Origin: Candidatus Aphodoplasma sp.
GTDB taxonomy: Bacteria > Bacillota > Clostridia > UBA1381 > UMGS1253
NCBI GenBank assembly: GCA_045541115.1
Contig: JAZQIM010000014.1
Coordinates: 65,832-129,831 of the forward strand
Length of the DNA: 64,000 nucleotides
Direction of reading: 5' to 3'
The translations under genes and the position numbers were made by a program. Under the pieces are notes generated by a model. The model did no database searches. It was not told the origin of the DNA and worked only from the letters and a program-made list of their open reading frames with translations. Shown piece by piece: positions 37,599 through 46,336 of the stretch (within the stretch, counting starts at the first letter, position 1; each line of letters opens with the position of its first letter).

Positions 37599-39920
37599 TT
37601 AGTCTTTGGCAAAAATCCAAAGGGTTTCATCGGCATCCTCACTGTTTTCATTTAGACTGTATATACTCAAAATTACCGTTTCTCCGTTCATTTTCTTATA
37701 CGTTATCTTTGGCGTTAACCCTTCTGCTATTTCTCTCTTTATTGCATCATAATTCAAAAAACTTATGACAGCCCTATGGAAATCAGGGTGCACATGCTCA
37801 TCTATGTATTCTTTCAAAAGATGAGAAAAATTATTTTCGTCCTCATTATATCCGAGATAAGACGGCATAAGAATGCGATGTGCATTGTCACTTACTAAAG
37901 AAACTCTGTAAATTCCATTATAATGTTCTTTTAAAACAGAAAGCATTGCATCAATTTCTCTAATTCCCGTTTTCGTCTGAACATATTTTTTATCAACATC
38001 TTTAGCTATGGTGCTCTGTTCCTTGTTCTGATAATACTGCGCTTTCGCCTCATACATTCTTATTTCCGCTTCGCGCACCATTTCTTCACAATTTGTATTC
38101 TGCTTTCTATATGACATACCGATAGCAACCTTGTAGTCCGTAGATTCTAATTGTTTAATAAATATTTGAACTTTTCTCTTTGCCCGCTCCTGTGTAACAT
38201 TTTTTGCAAAAACCAAGAACTCATCGCCACCCATACGGTAAACTCTATGCCCAAAAAATACTTCCTTTAGCGTATTTGCAATATAAATAAGCATTTCATC
38301 GCCTGCAGCATGGCCGTATTTGTTATTTCTTAAATGAAGTTCGTTAACATCAATATAAACACATGCAAAATCTTCCGGTTTTTCTTCATCGAGCAACAGA
38401 ATATCCTTTTTGTATGATACACGATTAAGTGCTCCGGTAAGTGAATCGGTCACAGCTGCCGTTTCCGTCCTATTTAAATGATTTTTATTATATATCGCTA
38501 TAGAAAAACATACTGCTACATCTTCTAACAGGTCTCTTGCTGTGCGTTTTTTCTTTGTGTTTATAACACCAAGAACACTTGCATGATTGTTTTTATCTGT
38601 AATAGTTGCAAACGAAACATGATCTATTTTGTGTTCTTTCAACAATTCATAAAATTTTATGTTTGTTTTCATAAGGTGCTTATCAGGTTTAATATGCATA
38701 AATCCTACAGTTAGGTGGCTGGCACTGTACAGGTTTGCAGCATAGCGGAAAAGCTCACCAAGAAAGTACTTCTTTTCTTCACCTGCAAGAAGGTGAACTT
38801 TGAACGAAGGCATAACATAGCTATAATCTTCTCCGTCGGTATCAACAAAAAACGCAGATCTTGATGATGATAAACCTTGTACACTTTTTAATGCCTCAAA
38901 CACATTCCCATGTTGCTGATTGATTTCCAAAAGAAGTTTTCTAATCCGCGACGCATATGATATTACCTTTGCACGACGTTTTTCTACACTTAAAACAAAA
39001 AGCAAATACACTACGATAATCAATATCATTAATGCAAAAGTTACAAGCAGTATTCTTGAAATCTCGTGTGTTCTTGCAAAAACCTGAGACTCATACCTGG
39101 CAAGCAAAATGCCCCAGTCAAAATCTTCGATTGTAGAATAGTGAACATATAAATCTTCACCTGTAAATATTGATTTAAACGAAGAATATCCTTTATCTGT
39201 TGTAACAAGTTGCTCATATGAATAATCATCATTATATTTACGGTTTTTTAACTCTGATATCTCACCGGGATATCTGTTTATAGTATCAATAAGATATTTT
39301 CCGTCTTCTTTATCATAAACAAAAAGCTGTGCATCAAACTCTTTGGCCATATCATTATACTTTTTATTGATTGTTTCAATCTTAATAATGCCATACATCA
39401 TACCAACCGTTTTCCCATTCACCCTAATGGGAACTGCACTTCTGATAACCTCTTCGCCGGGAATAGAATAGCTTTGTGTTCTGCCGGTAATATGTTCGCC
39501 AATAAGCGCTTCATCTGCAAAGGAAATTTTGCCATCTAAATCATATGTTCCATCTTTTGTAATAAAGGTGTTATCCGGATTTAAAATTCCAATTCTTGAA
39601 AACAGACCAATGGGTTTAAACGAATCAAACATAAGACTATAACTTTCTCCGCCGGCATATAGTTTTGCCGCAAAGTTTGCCATCGTAATAAGATTTTCAC
39701 GATCAGACTTCATCTGGAGTGTCAAGTCGTCTTTAATCTGTTTCGTCTGTATATGAAGCATCTCATACGCCTCATTTTCTGCCTCATAGTAAAAAGAAGC
39801 AACCAACGATAAAAACACCACACATATTAGAAACGCAGCGACGATCGTGTAAAAATTATTATTTTGTCTATGCTTTTTTCCCCCATATTTTGTAGCCATT
39901 CTGTCAACATCTTCTTTCAT
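37599..39920 (-). CDS. Membrane sensor diguanylate cyclase (extracytoplasmic Cache-like domain, cytoplasmic linker domain, GGDEF domain, extra C-terminal domain)
   Basis: Two TM helices flank a ~250-aa extracytoplasmic region. The GGDEF domain has an intact YRMGGDEF. About 120 aa follow the GGDEF domain. Confidence 0.8.
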   Translation of the reverse strand: MKEDVDRMATKYGGKKHRQNNNFYTIVAAFLICVVFLSLVASFYYEAENEAYEMLHIQTKQIKDDLTLQMKSDRENLITMANFAAKLYAGGESYSLMFDSFKPIGLFSRIGILNPDNTFITKDGTYDLDGKISFADEALIGEHITGRTQSYSIPGEEVIRSAVPIRVNGKTVGMMYGIIKIETINKKYNDMAKEFDAQLFVYDKEDGKYLIDTINRYPGEISELKNRKYNDDYSYEQLVTTDKGYSSFKSIFTGEDLYVHYSTIEDFDWGILLARYESQVFARTHEISRILLVTFALMILIIVVYLLFVLSVEKRRAKVISYASRIRKLLLEINQQHGNVFEALKSVQGLSSSRSAFFVDTDGEDYSYVMPSFKVHLLAGEEKKYFLGELFRYAANLYSASHLTVGFMHIKPDKHLMKTNIKFYELLKEHKIDHVSFATITDKNNHASVLGVINTKKKRTARDLLEDVAVCFSIAIYNKNHLNRTETAAVTDSLTGALNRVSYKKDILLLDEEKPEDFACVYIDVNELHLRNNKYGHAAGDEMLIYIANTLKEVFFGHRVYRMGGDEFLVFAKNVTQERAKRKVQIFIKQLESTDYKVAIGMSYRKQNTNCEEMVREAEIRMYEAKAQYYQNKEQSTIAKDVDKKYVQTKTGIREIDAMLSVLKEHYNGIYRVSLVSDNAHRILMPSYLGYNEDENNFSHLLKEYIDEHVHPDFHRAVISFLNYDAIKREIAEGLTPKITYKKMNGETVILSIYSLNENSEDADETLWIFAKD

Positions 39921-40050
39921 ATGTATGATTATGTATTGATATTGTACTATAAATCCCTAATTTTTTCAAGTATATATTTTTAAATATTATCATCTCATCG
40001 AACTTATTTATGAAATAAAATTAAACAAACAAAAAAAGTAACAAAAAAAC

Positions 40051-40079
40051 TAGACATTTTATGGTAAGAGTGCTATAAT
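40051..40079 (+). promoter_or_regulatory. Promoter for nagB (TAGACA-17-TGcTATAAT, extended -10)
   Basis: -35 at 40051-40056, TGn at 40071-40073, -10 at 40074-40079. Confidence 0.5.
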
Positions 40080-40140
40080 AAATGCGTTAGATTATTTTTA
40101 TAATTTGCTATTTACAAACAAATAAGGAGAGTGCTTTAAA

Positions 40141-40926
40141 ATGAAACTTGTCATTAAGAAAAATTATGATGAAATGAGCGCATGGGCAGCACAGCACATT
40201 GCTGATGCAATTAATAACCACAAAGAAGCTCGCCCATTTATACTTGGTCTTCCAACCGGTTCATCGCCTCTTGGTGTGTATAAAAAGCTCATCGAAATGA
40301 ATAAGGCAGGCGCCATAAGTTTTAAAAACGTCGTAACTTTCAACATGGATGAATATGTAGGTCTTCCAAAAGAACATGACCAGAGTTATTGGTATTTTAT
40401 GCACGATAACTTCTTCAATCACATTGACATCCCAAGCGAAAACATCAATATTTTAAACGGTATGGCTGATGACCTCGAAGCTGAGTGTCAGCGTTATGAA
40501 GACAAAATCACTTCATATGGAGGCATAGACCTTTTCCTGGGTGGCAGCGGTGTAGATGGTCACATTGCTTTCAACGAGCCATTCACTTCTCTTACATCCC
40601 GCACAGGTATACGCGCACTTACTCAGGATACACTAATCGCAAATTCACGTTTCTTTGATAATGATCCGAACAAAGTACCAAAGACTGCTCTTTCTGTTGG
40701 TGTTGGTACAGTATGTGACTCTAAAGAGGTTCTCCTCGTTATAAACGGACATAACAAAGCACGCGCACTTCGTCACTGTGTTGAAGGCGGCGTTGACCAT
40801 GCTTGGACAATAAGCGCACTTCAGCTTCACAAATGTGGCGTTATCGCTTGTGATGAAGCTGCATGCGGCGAATTAAAAGTTGACACATACAAGTATTTTA
40901 AAGAAATTTACAAAGACGAGAAATAA
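40141..40926 (+). CDS. nagB: Glucosamine-6-phosphate deaminase
   Basis: 261 aa. [18 protein letters not shown] and [14 protein letters not shown]-type blocks. Confidence 0.94.
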   Translation: MKLVIKKNYDEMSAWAAQHIADAINNHKEARPFILGLPTGSSPLGVYKKLIEMNKAGAISFKNVVTFNMDEYVGLPKEHDQSYWYFMHDNFFNHIDIPSENINILNGMADDLEAECQRYEDKITSYGGIDLFLGGSGVDGHIAFNEPFTSLTSRTGIRALTQDTLIANSRFFDNDPNKVPKTALSVGVGTVCDSKEVLLVINGHNKARALRHCVEGGVDHAWTISALQLHKCGVIACDEAACGELKVDTYKYFKEIYKDEK

Positions 40927-40945
40927 TTATTTAAACTATAACGCT

Positions 40946-40981
40946 AAAACCTCCCATGATTTATTTCATGGGAGGTTTTTT
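40946..40981. terminator. Terminator after nagB (also serves the convergent flavodoxin gene)
   Basis: 12-bp stem aacctcccatga/tcatgggaggtt followed by T6. Confidence 0.85.
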
Positions 40982-40988
40982 GCAAGGA

Positions 40989-41522
40989 CTATTCATCACA
41001 TTTTATATAATTTACCAACTCGGCAATCTGTGTGCGGTCAGAAAAATCACCATCTGCATCACACAACTCTATCAGTAGTTTTTCCATTTCCGTAGGCTCT
41101 TTTTTCGAGCCCATTATCTTCTTTAAAGTTTTCAAAGCCGCTCTATGTACTGCACTAAGCTCATTTATAATCATTTTGCCTGTAAAATTAAAAATCTTTA
41201 CACCTTCGGGCAATCCGTTTTTGAAATTCTTTTCAATAACAAGTTTATCATAATACTCACGGCAATCAAGCGGCGTTATGCCCGTAGTGTATATTGCTAT
41301 TTTTTTATTTTTAAACCTGTCAATATTCTTCATGATAAGGCTTACACCATTTATGATTTCTGCATACAGCCCTCCTCCGTATATTATTGCATCATATTTT
41401 TCAAGTTCATCTATCGTAATCTCTTTTGCATCTGCTGTTTTACAATTAAGTTCTTCCCCTATCCATTCGGCATATGTTTTCGTTGAACCGTATTTCGTTT
41501 TGTAAACTACAATTGTATTCAT
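40989..41522 (-). CDS. Flavodoxin-domain protein
   Basis: 177 aa. N-terminus VVYKTKYGSTKTYAEWI is typical of flavodoxin-like (HemG/flavodoxin_5-type) proteins. Confidence 0.55.
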   Translation of the reverse strand: MNTIVVYKTKYGSTKTYAEWIGEELNCKTADAKEITIDELEKYDAIIYGGGLYAEIINGVSLIMKNIDRFKNKKIAIYTTGITPLDCREYYDKLVIEKNFKNGLPEGVKIFNFTGKMIINELSAVHRAALKTLKKIMGSKKEPTEMEKLLIELCDADGDFSDRTQIAELVNYIKCDE

Positions 41523-41696
41523 AAAAACAACCTCCCTTATGCTAGTATATTCAGTATATATGATTGTTAAGTATATTTAACCTATCATAAAGTCACAAAT
41601 AAAAATCATTTTACTTACCTTATCACAAAAATCAGCGACAGTCAATTCCAAAGCAAAAACCCTCTTCGTAAGTCCTTTTAAAATCACTGTTTATTC

Positions 41697-41725
41697 TTGA
41701 CACTGTACCTTGTTTATGATAATAT
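41697..41725 (+). promoter_or_regulatory. Promoter for the SDR-PHP-dehydrogenase operon (TTGACA-17-TAATAT)
   Basis: -35 at 41697-41702 and -10 at 41720-41725. Confidence 0.5.
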
Positions 41726-41780
41726 TAAAATGTATATTTATAGTAAAAAATCATTTACATATTACAAGGAGAGTATAGTC

Positions 41781-42653
41781 ATGAATTTAGCAGAAGCAAA
41801 GGAACATGCCAAAAAAAACATTGATAACAGACAAGAAGTCGGAGGCCGTTTAAACGGCAAAATTGCCATCGTAACAGGCGGCGCTCAGGGTTTCGGTTTT
41901 GGTATCGCACAAGATATGTATCGCGAAGGAGCATGCGTTGTTCTTGCCGACATTAACGAAGAGCTTGCAAAAGAAGCGGCAAGCAGCCTCGGCTTACGAG
42001 CAGCAGGCATCAAAGTTGATGTAGGAAACGCTGAATCCGTAGAAAATCTTATGATTAAAACAGTCGAGCAGTTTGGCGGAATCGATATTTTTGTTGCAAA
42101 CGCAGGCGTTTTAAAAGCAGGAAGCCTCGAAGACCTTACACCTGAACAGTTTGAGTTTGTTACAAAGGTTAACTATACAGGATTTTTCTACTGTGCAAAA
42201 TATGCATCAGAAATTATGAAGGCACAGCATGAGGCTGCTCCTGACAGATGGTTCGATATTATACAGATCAACTCAAAATCAGGTCTTGTAGGTTCTAAAA
42301 ATAACTTTGCTTATGCCGGCGGAAAATTTGGCGGCATAGGTCTTACACAGAGCTTTGCTCTTGAACTGGTAGATTATCAAATTAAAGTTAACGCTATTTG
42401 CCCCGGTAATTTCTATGACGGCCCGCTATGGTCTGACCCGGAAAAGGGATTGTTTGTACAATACCTTAATGCAGGCAAAGTTCCGGGCGCAAAGACTATT
42501 GAAGATGTTAAAAATTTCTATTTATCAAAATCACCTATTCGCCGAGGCTGCACACCATCCGATGTTGCCAAGGCACTATTCTACTGTGTAGAGCAATGCT
42601 ACGAAACCGGGCAGGCACTTCCTGTTACCGGCGGACAAACTATGTTAAAATAG
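41781..42653 (+). CDS. SDR family oxidoreductase (sorbitol-6-phosphate-dehydrogenase-like)
   Basis: TGGAQGFG cofactor motif and YxxxK (YAGGKFG). Start set at ATG 41781, behind GGAGAG; the ORF track begins at 41697. Confidence 0.8.
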   Translation: MNLAEAKEHAKKNIDNRQEVGGRLNGKIAIVTGGAQGFGFGIAQDMYREGACVVLADINEELAKEAASSLGLRAAGIKVDVGNAESVENLMIKTVEQFGGIDIFVANAGVLKAGSLEDLTPEQFEFVTKVNYTGFFYCAKYASEIMKAQHEAAPDRWFDIIQINSKSGLVGSKNNFAYAGGKFGGIGLTQSFALELVDYQIKVNAICPGNFYDGPLWSDPEKGLFVQYLNAGKVPGAKTIEDVKNFYLSKSPIRRGCTPSDVAKALFYCVEQCYETGQALPVTGGQTMLK

Positions 42654-42669
42654 GAGATCAAGAAATTAT

Positions 42670-43848
42670 ATGAGCATGTATGTAGAATTACAAGAAACAA
42701 TTAAACTTTTAAATGTCCCGGATAAAGCTAAAAGACTTGAAAATCTCGAGAAAATTTTAAAAGATGAAAAAACAAAACCTGAAGTAAAACCACAGTATGC
42801 CAATAACCATATTCACACCTGCTATTCTTTCTCCCCATACTCACCTACTGCCGCAATCTATATGGCACGGGCAGAGGGACTGCAGACAGCAGGCATTATG
42901 GATCATGACAGCATTAGCGGCGCAGAGGAATTCAGAGCTGCCGGTAAAATTGCCGGTATCGGAACAACTTGCGGAATGGAGTGTCGCGTTGATTATTCCG
43001 AAACAAGACTTGCAGGAAAAAAGCTTAATAATCCTGACCAGTCAGGCGTTGCTTACATGGCAATACACAGCGTTCCAAAAACGGGTTTTGAGCATCTTCA
43101 AAAGGCATTTAAGCCTCTTGTTGAAAAAAGAAATATTCGCAATAGAATGATGGTTGAAAACATCAACGCTCTGATGGCTGTGCATGGAATCGAGCTTGAT
43201 TTCGATAATGATGTTGTTCCGATTTCGTGTTATGAATCTGGCGGTTCAATTACAGAAAGACATCTGCTTTATGCACTCAGTCTTAAAATTTTAGATATTT
43301 TCGGCATTGATGGTTGTGTTGACTTTTTGAAAAACAAGCTTGCAATTCCGCTAAGCGAAAAGCAAACTAATATGCTTAAAGACCCCAGCAATCCGCACCT
43401 TACATACGATCTTTTGGGCGTTTTAAAAGCTCAGCTTGTTGAAAAAATATATATTCCTGCAACAGATGAATGTATGACTCTTCGCGAGGTAGTCAAACTT
43501 GCCAAAGACGTTGGTGCAATTTTGTGCTATCCATACCTTGGAGATGTCACAGATTCTGTAACAGGAGATAAAAAAGCTGCAAAGTTTGAAGATGACTATC
43601 TCGACGAGCTTTTTGAGGTACTTTGCGATGAAGGTGTAAAAGGCATAACGTATATGCCCGCACGCAATACTGACGCACAGATAGAGCGTTTGCAAAAACT
43701 TTGCAGAAAATATGGTATGACAGAAATTTCCGGTGAAGACGTTAATTCTTCGCGCCAAAGTATGATTTGTAAACAACTCGAACTTCCCCAATTCTCGCAT
43801 CTTGTTGATATGGCATGGAAGCTCGTTGAAAGAGAAAATAAATTTTAA
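42670..43848 (+). CDS. PHP (polymerase/histidinol-phosphatase) domain protein
   Basis: N-terminal metal-binding NNHIHTCYSFSP and GIMDHDSISG. Confidence 0.6.
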   Translation: MSMYVELQETIKLLNVPDKAKRLENLEKILKDEKTKPEVKPQYANNHIHTCYSFSPYSPTAAIYMARAEGLQTAGIMDHDSISGAEEFRAAGKIAGIGTTCGMECRVDYSETRLAGKKLNNPDQSGVAYMAIHSVPKTGFEHLQKAFKPLVEKRNIRNRMMVENINALMAVHGIELDFDNDVVPISCYESGGSITERHLLYALSLKILDIFGIDGCVDFLKNKLAIPLSEKQTNMLKDPSNPHLTYDLLGVLKAQLVEKIYIPATDECMTLREVVKLAKDVGAILCYPYLGDVTDSVTGDKKAAKFEDDYLDELFEVLCDEGVKGITYMPARNTDAQIERLQKLCRKYGMTEISGEDVNSSRQSMICKQLELPQFSHLVDMAWKLVERENKF

Positions 43849-43875
43849 AAATACAAACAGAAAGGAAAATTTATA

Positions 43876-45138
43876 ATGAATACAAAAGCAGTTCGCATTC
43901 ACGGTAAAATGGACTTAAGACTTGATGATATTACACTTTCTGACGTCGGTCCTGATGATGTGCGTGTCAAAATAATTTCTGACTCATTATGTATGAGTAC
44001 ATATAAGGCGGCAGTCGAGGGCGAAGACCATAAAAGAGTTCCAGACAATGTTTCCGAAAACCCTGTAATCGTTGGTCATGAATTTTGTGGTGAAATCGTT
44101 GAAGTTGGAGAAAACTGGAAGCACAAATATAGTGTGGGCGACAAGTTTTCTATTCAGCCAGCACATTTTTACAAAGGCTCATTGCTCGCACCGGGATATT
44201 CCTATCCCGAATGTGGCGGTAACGCTCAATATGCCAATGTACCAATCGAAACGCTCTTGTGCGATTGTCTTTTAAAATATGATTCCGACACATACTTCTA
44301 CGGCTCACTTGCAGAGCCTATGAGCTGCATTATCGGAACATTTAAAGCAATGTATCATACAAAAGCCGGCAGCTATGTTCATGAGATGGGTATTGTTGAT
44401 GGCGGTAAGATGGCTCTTCTAGCATCTGTTGGTCCTATGGGATTAGGCGCAATTGACATTGCACTTCACGGAGAAAGAAAACCGTCTTTGCTTGTTGTTA
44501 CTGATATTGACCAGGCTCGTCTTGACCGCGCTGCAAGCATATTCACTGTCGAACACGCAAAAGAGCTTGGTATCGAGCTTCACTATGTAAACACAGGCAA
44601 GCTCGAAAACCCGGTTGCAGCTCTTCGTGAGCTTACAGGCGGAGATGGCTTTAACGATGTTATATGTTTTGCTCCGGTAAGACCTGTTGTTGAACAGGCA
44701 GATGCAATTTTGGCATACGACGGCTGTCTTAACTTCTTTGCCGGTCCTACTGACAGTAACTTTAAAGCAGAATTCAATTTCTTTAACGTTCATTATAATG
44801 CAACACACGTTGTCGGCACATGTGCAGGCAATACAGACGATATGCGTGAAGCACTTAAATTAGCTAACGAAGGCGTTATCAATCCTTCAGCTATGGTTAC
44901 ACATATCGGCGGATTAAATGCAGTTGTTGATACTACACTAAATCTTCCAAAAATCCCCGGTGGCAAAAAGCTCATTTACAACCATATAGACCTTCCCCTC
45001 ACAGCTCTTGATGAACTCGAAGAAAAAGGTAAGGACGATCCGTTATTTAAAGAGCTTGCAAGACTTGTCAAGGCTAACAATGGACTTTGGAATCCCGAAG
45101 CAGAAAAATATTTGCTTACAAATGCAAAAAAATTATAA
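43876..45138 (+). CDS. Zinc-type medium-chain dehydrogenase/reductase (L-sorbose-1-phosphate-reductase-like, ~420 aa)
   Basis: GHEFCGEIVEVG zinc motif and a Rossmann GPMGLG. The length is typical of SorE-like enzymes. Confidence 0.65.
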   Translation: MNTKAVRIHGKMDLRLDDITLSDVGPDDVRVKIISDSLCMSTYKAAVEGEDHKRVPDNVSENPVIVGHEFCGEIVEVGENWKHKYSVGDKFSIQPAHFYKGSLLAPGYSYPECGGNAQYANVPIETLLCDCLLKYDSDTYFYGSLAEPMSCIIGTFKAMYHTKAGSYVHEMGIVDGGKMALLASVGPMGLGAIDIALHGERKPSLLVVTDIDQARLDRAASIFTVEHAKELGIELHYVNTGKLENPVAALRELTGGDGFNDVICFAPVRPVVEQADAILAYDGCLNFFAGPTDSNFKAEFNFFNVHYNATHVVGTCAGNTDDMREALKLANEGVINPSAMVTHIGGLNAVVDTTLNLPKIPGGKKLIYNHIDLPLTALDELEEKGKDDPLFKELARLVKANNGLWNPEAEKYLLTNAKKL

Positions 45139-45141
45139 TTC

Positions 45142-45175
45142 AAAAAAAGGATGTTAAAAAGAACATCCTTTTTTA
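45142..45175. terminator. Bidirectional terminator after the dehydrogenase operon
   Basis: aaggatgtt/aacatcctt stem flanked by A7 and T6. Confidence 0.8.
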
Positions 45176-45192
45176 TTTAATATCGCATGTTT

Positions 45193-45573
45193 CTATAATA
45201 TATTATTCAGGTGGAAATGTTCGTTTTGAGATACTGCTTTAATCGTTGTTTTAATGCGCGCACACGCAAGAAGTGCTTCCATGCTGTCGTTTGACATAAT
45301 GCTTACTTCAAGCTCTTTTAAACTCTTATCAATTTCGTCGCTGTATGCATGGTCTATAATTGCAGTTATAGCATTTTTCTTTTTCATCCAGTAATTTTTA
45401 AGATTCATATACTCATCATACGCCACATTAAATTCTTCATTAAATGCGACATCGCAAATTCTATCGCAAGAATCATCAATACCATTAGCAACACCTTCTA
45501 AAAACGTTTCTCCTATTATTAAACCGGTAATCATCACTACAAGAATCACAACTGAAACTATAACTGCTCTCAT
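45193..45573 (-). CDS. DUF4363-like small membrane-anchored protein
   Basis: 126 aa with one N-terminal TM helix. Translationally coupled to the upstream DUF421 gene, a pairing common in spore formers. Confidence 0.45.
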   Translation of the reverse strand: MRAVIVSVVILVVMITGLIIGETFLEGVANGIDDSCDRICDVAFNEEFNVAYDEYMNLKNYWMKKKNAITAIIDHAYSDEIDKSLKELEVSIMSNDSMEALLACARIKTTIKAVSQNEHFHLNNIL

Positions 45574-46283
45574 CTTTTTTTCTCCTTAATCTGCACAAAC
45601 AAATTACCGCTCGTATCCGTCGTTGCGATAAATACATCGCTTGCATTTTTTATGCCGTTTTTTTGAAGCTGCTTATTAAGCCAATCTATGTTTTTTCCGC
45701 TTTTTTGTAGCTCATCGCTATCAACTTGTCCATCTAAAATAATTGTTCGTGGTATTAGTTCATCTTGCACTTCAATTTTTAAATCACTGACTGTTATCGG
45801 CCTTGCTGATGTCTTCGGTATAACGCTTATTTGGCCATTTGTTTCGAGCACGGCATATTCGAGCTGCGAAATGTCTGCATATCCGCTTATGCGCAGCTCC
45901 TCCATCAAATCCTCTATCGTAAACCTTTGTTTTCGCATTTCATCTTCGTCTATTTTCCCGTGACAAATAATCACGCTCGGCTTGCCCGATAACATTCGCC
46001 TGACTCTTCTGCTTTTAAGGCTCACAAACGATACGATAAGTTCTCCCACTAAAAGCGTAAGTATTGGCACAATGCCGCTGATTATCGGTACGCCCGTATT
46101 TTGCATCGGTATTGATGCGACATCAGAAATCATTATTGCAATTACAAATTCCGATGGCTGAAGCTCGCCGATCTGCCTTTTTCCCATAAGCCGTGTTGCT
46201 AAAATAACGACAAAATAAAGTATAATCGTCCTTACAAGAATTATAAGCATAATACACCGTCCTGAAATAAAAAAATGATACAT
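45570..46283 (-). CDS. DUF421 (YetF/YdfS-like) membrane protein
   Basis: LMGKRQIGELQPSEFVIAIMISDVAS block plus a C-terminal soluble domain. The start may be the internal ATG at about 46250. Confidence 0.7.
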   Translation of the reverse strand: MYHFFISGRCIMLIILVRTIILYFVVILATRLMGKRQIGELQPSEFVIAIMISDVASIPMQNTGVPIISGIVPILTLLVGELIVSFVSLKSRRVRRMLSGKPSVIICHGKIDEDEMRKQRFTIEDLMEELRISGYADISQLEYAVLETNGQISVIPKTSARPITVSDLKIEVQDELIPRTIILDGQVDSDELQKSGKNIDWLNKQLQKNGIKNASDVFIATTDTSGNLFVQIKEKKR

Positions 46284-46336
46284 ATATTGTTAGCTGTAAC
46301 GCCAAAATATATGTATCATTTTCCTTTCAATACATT

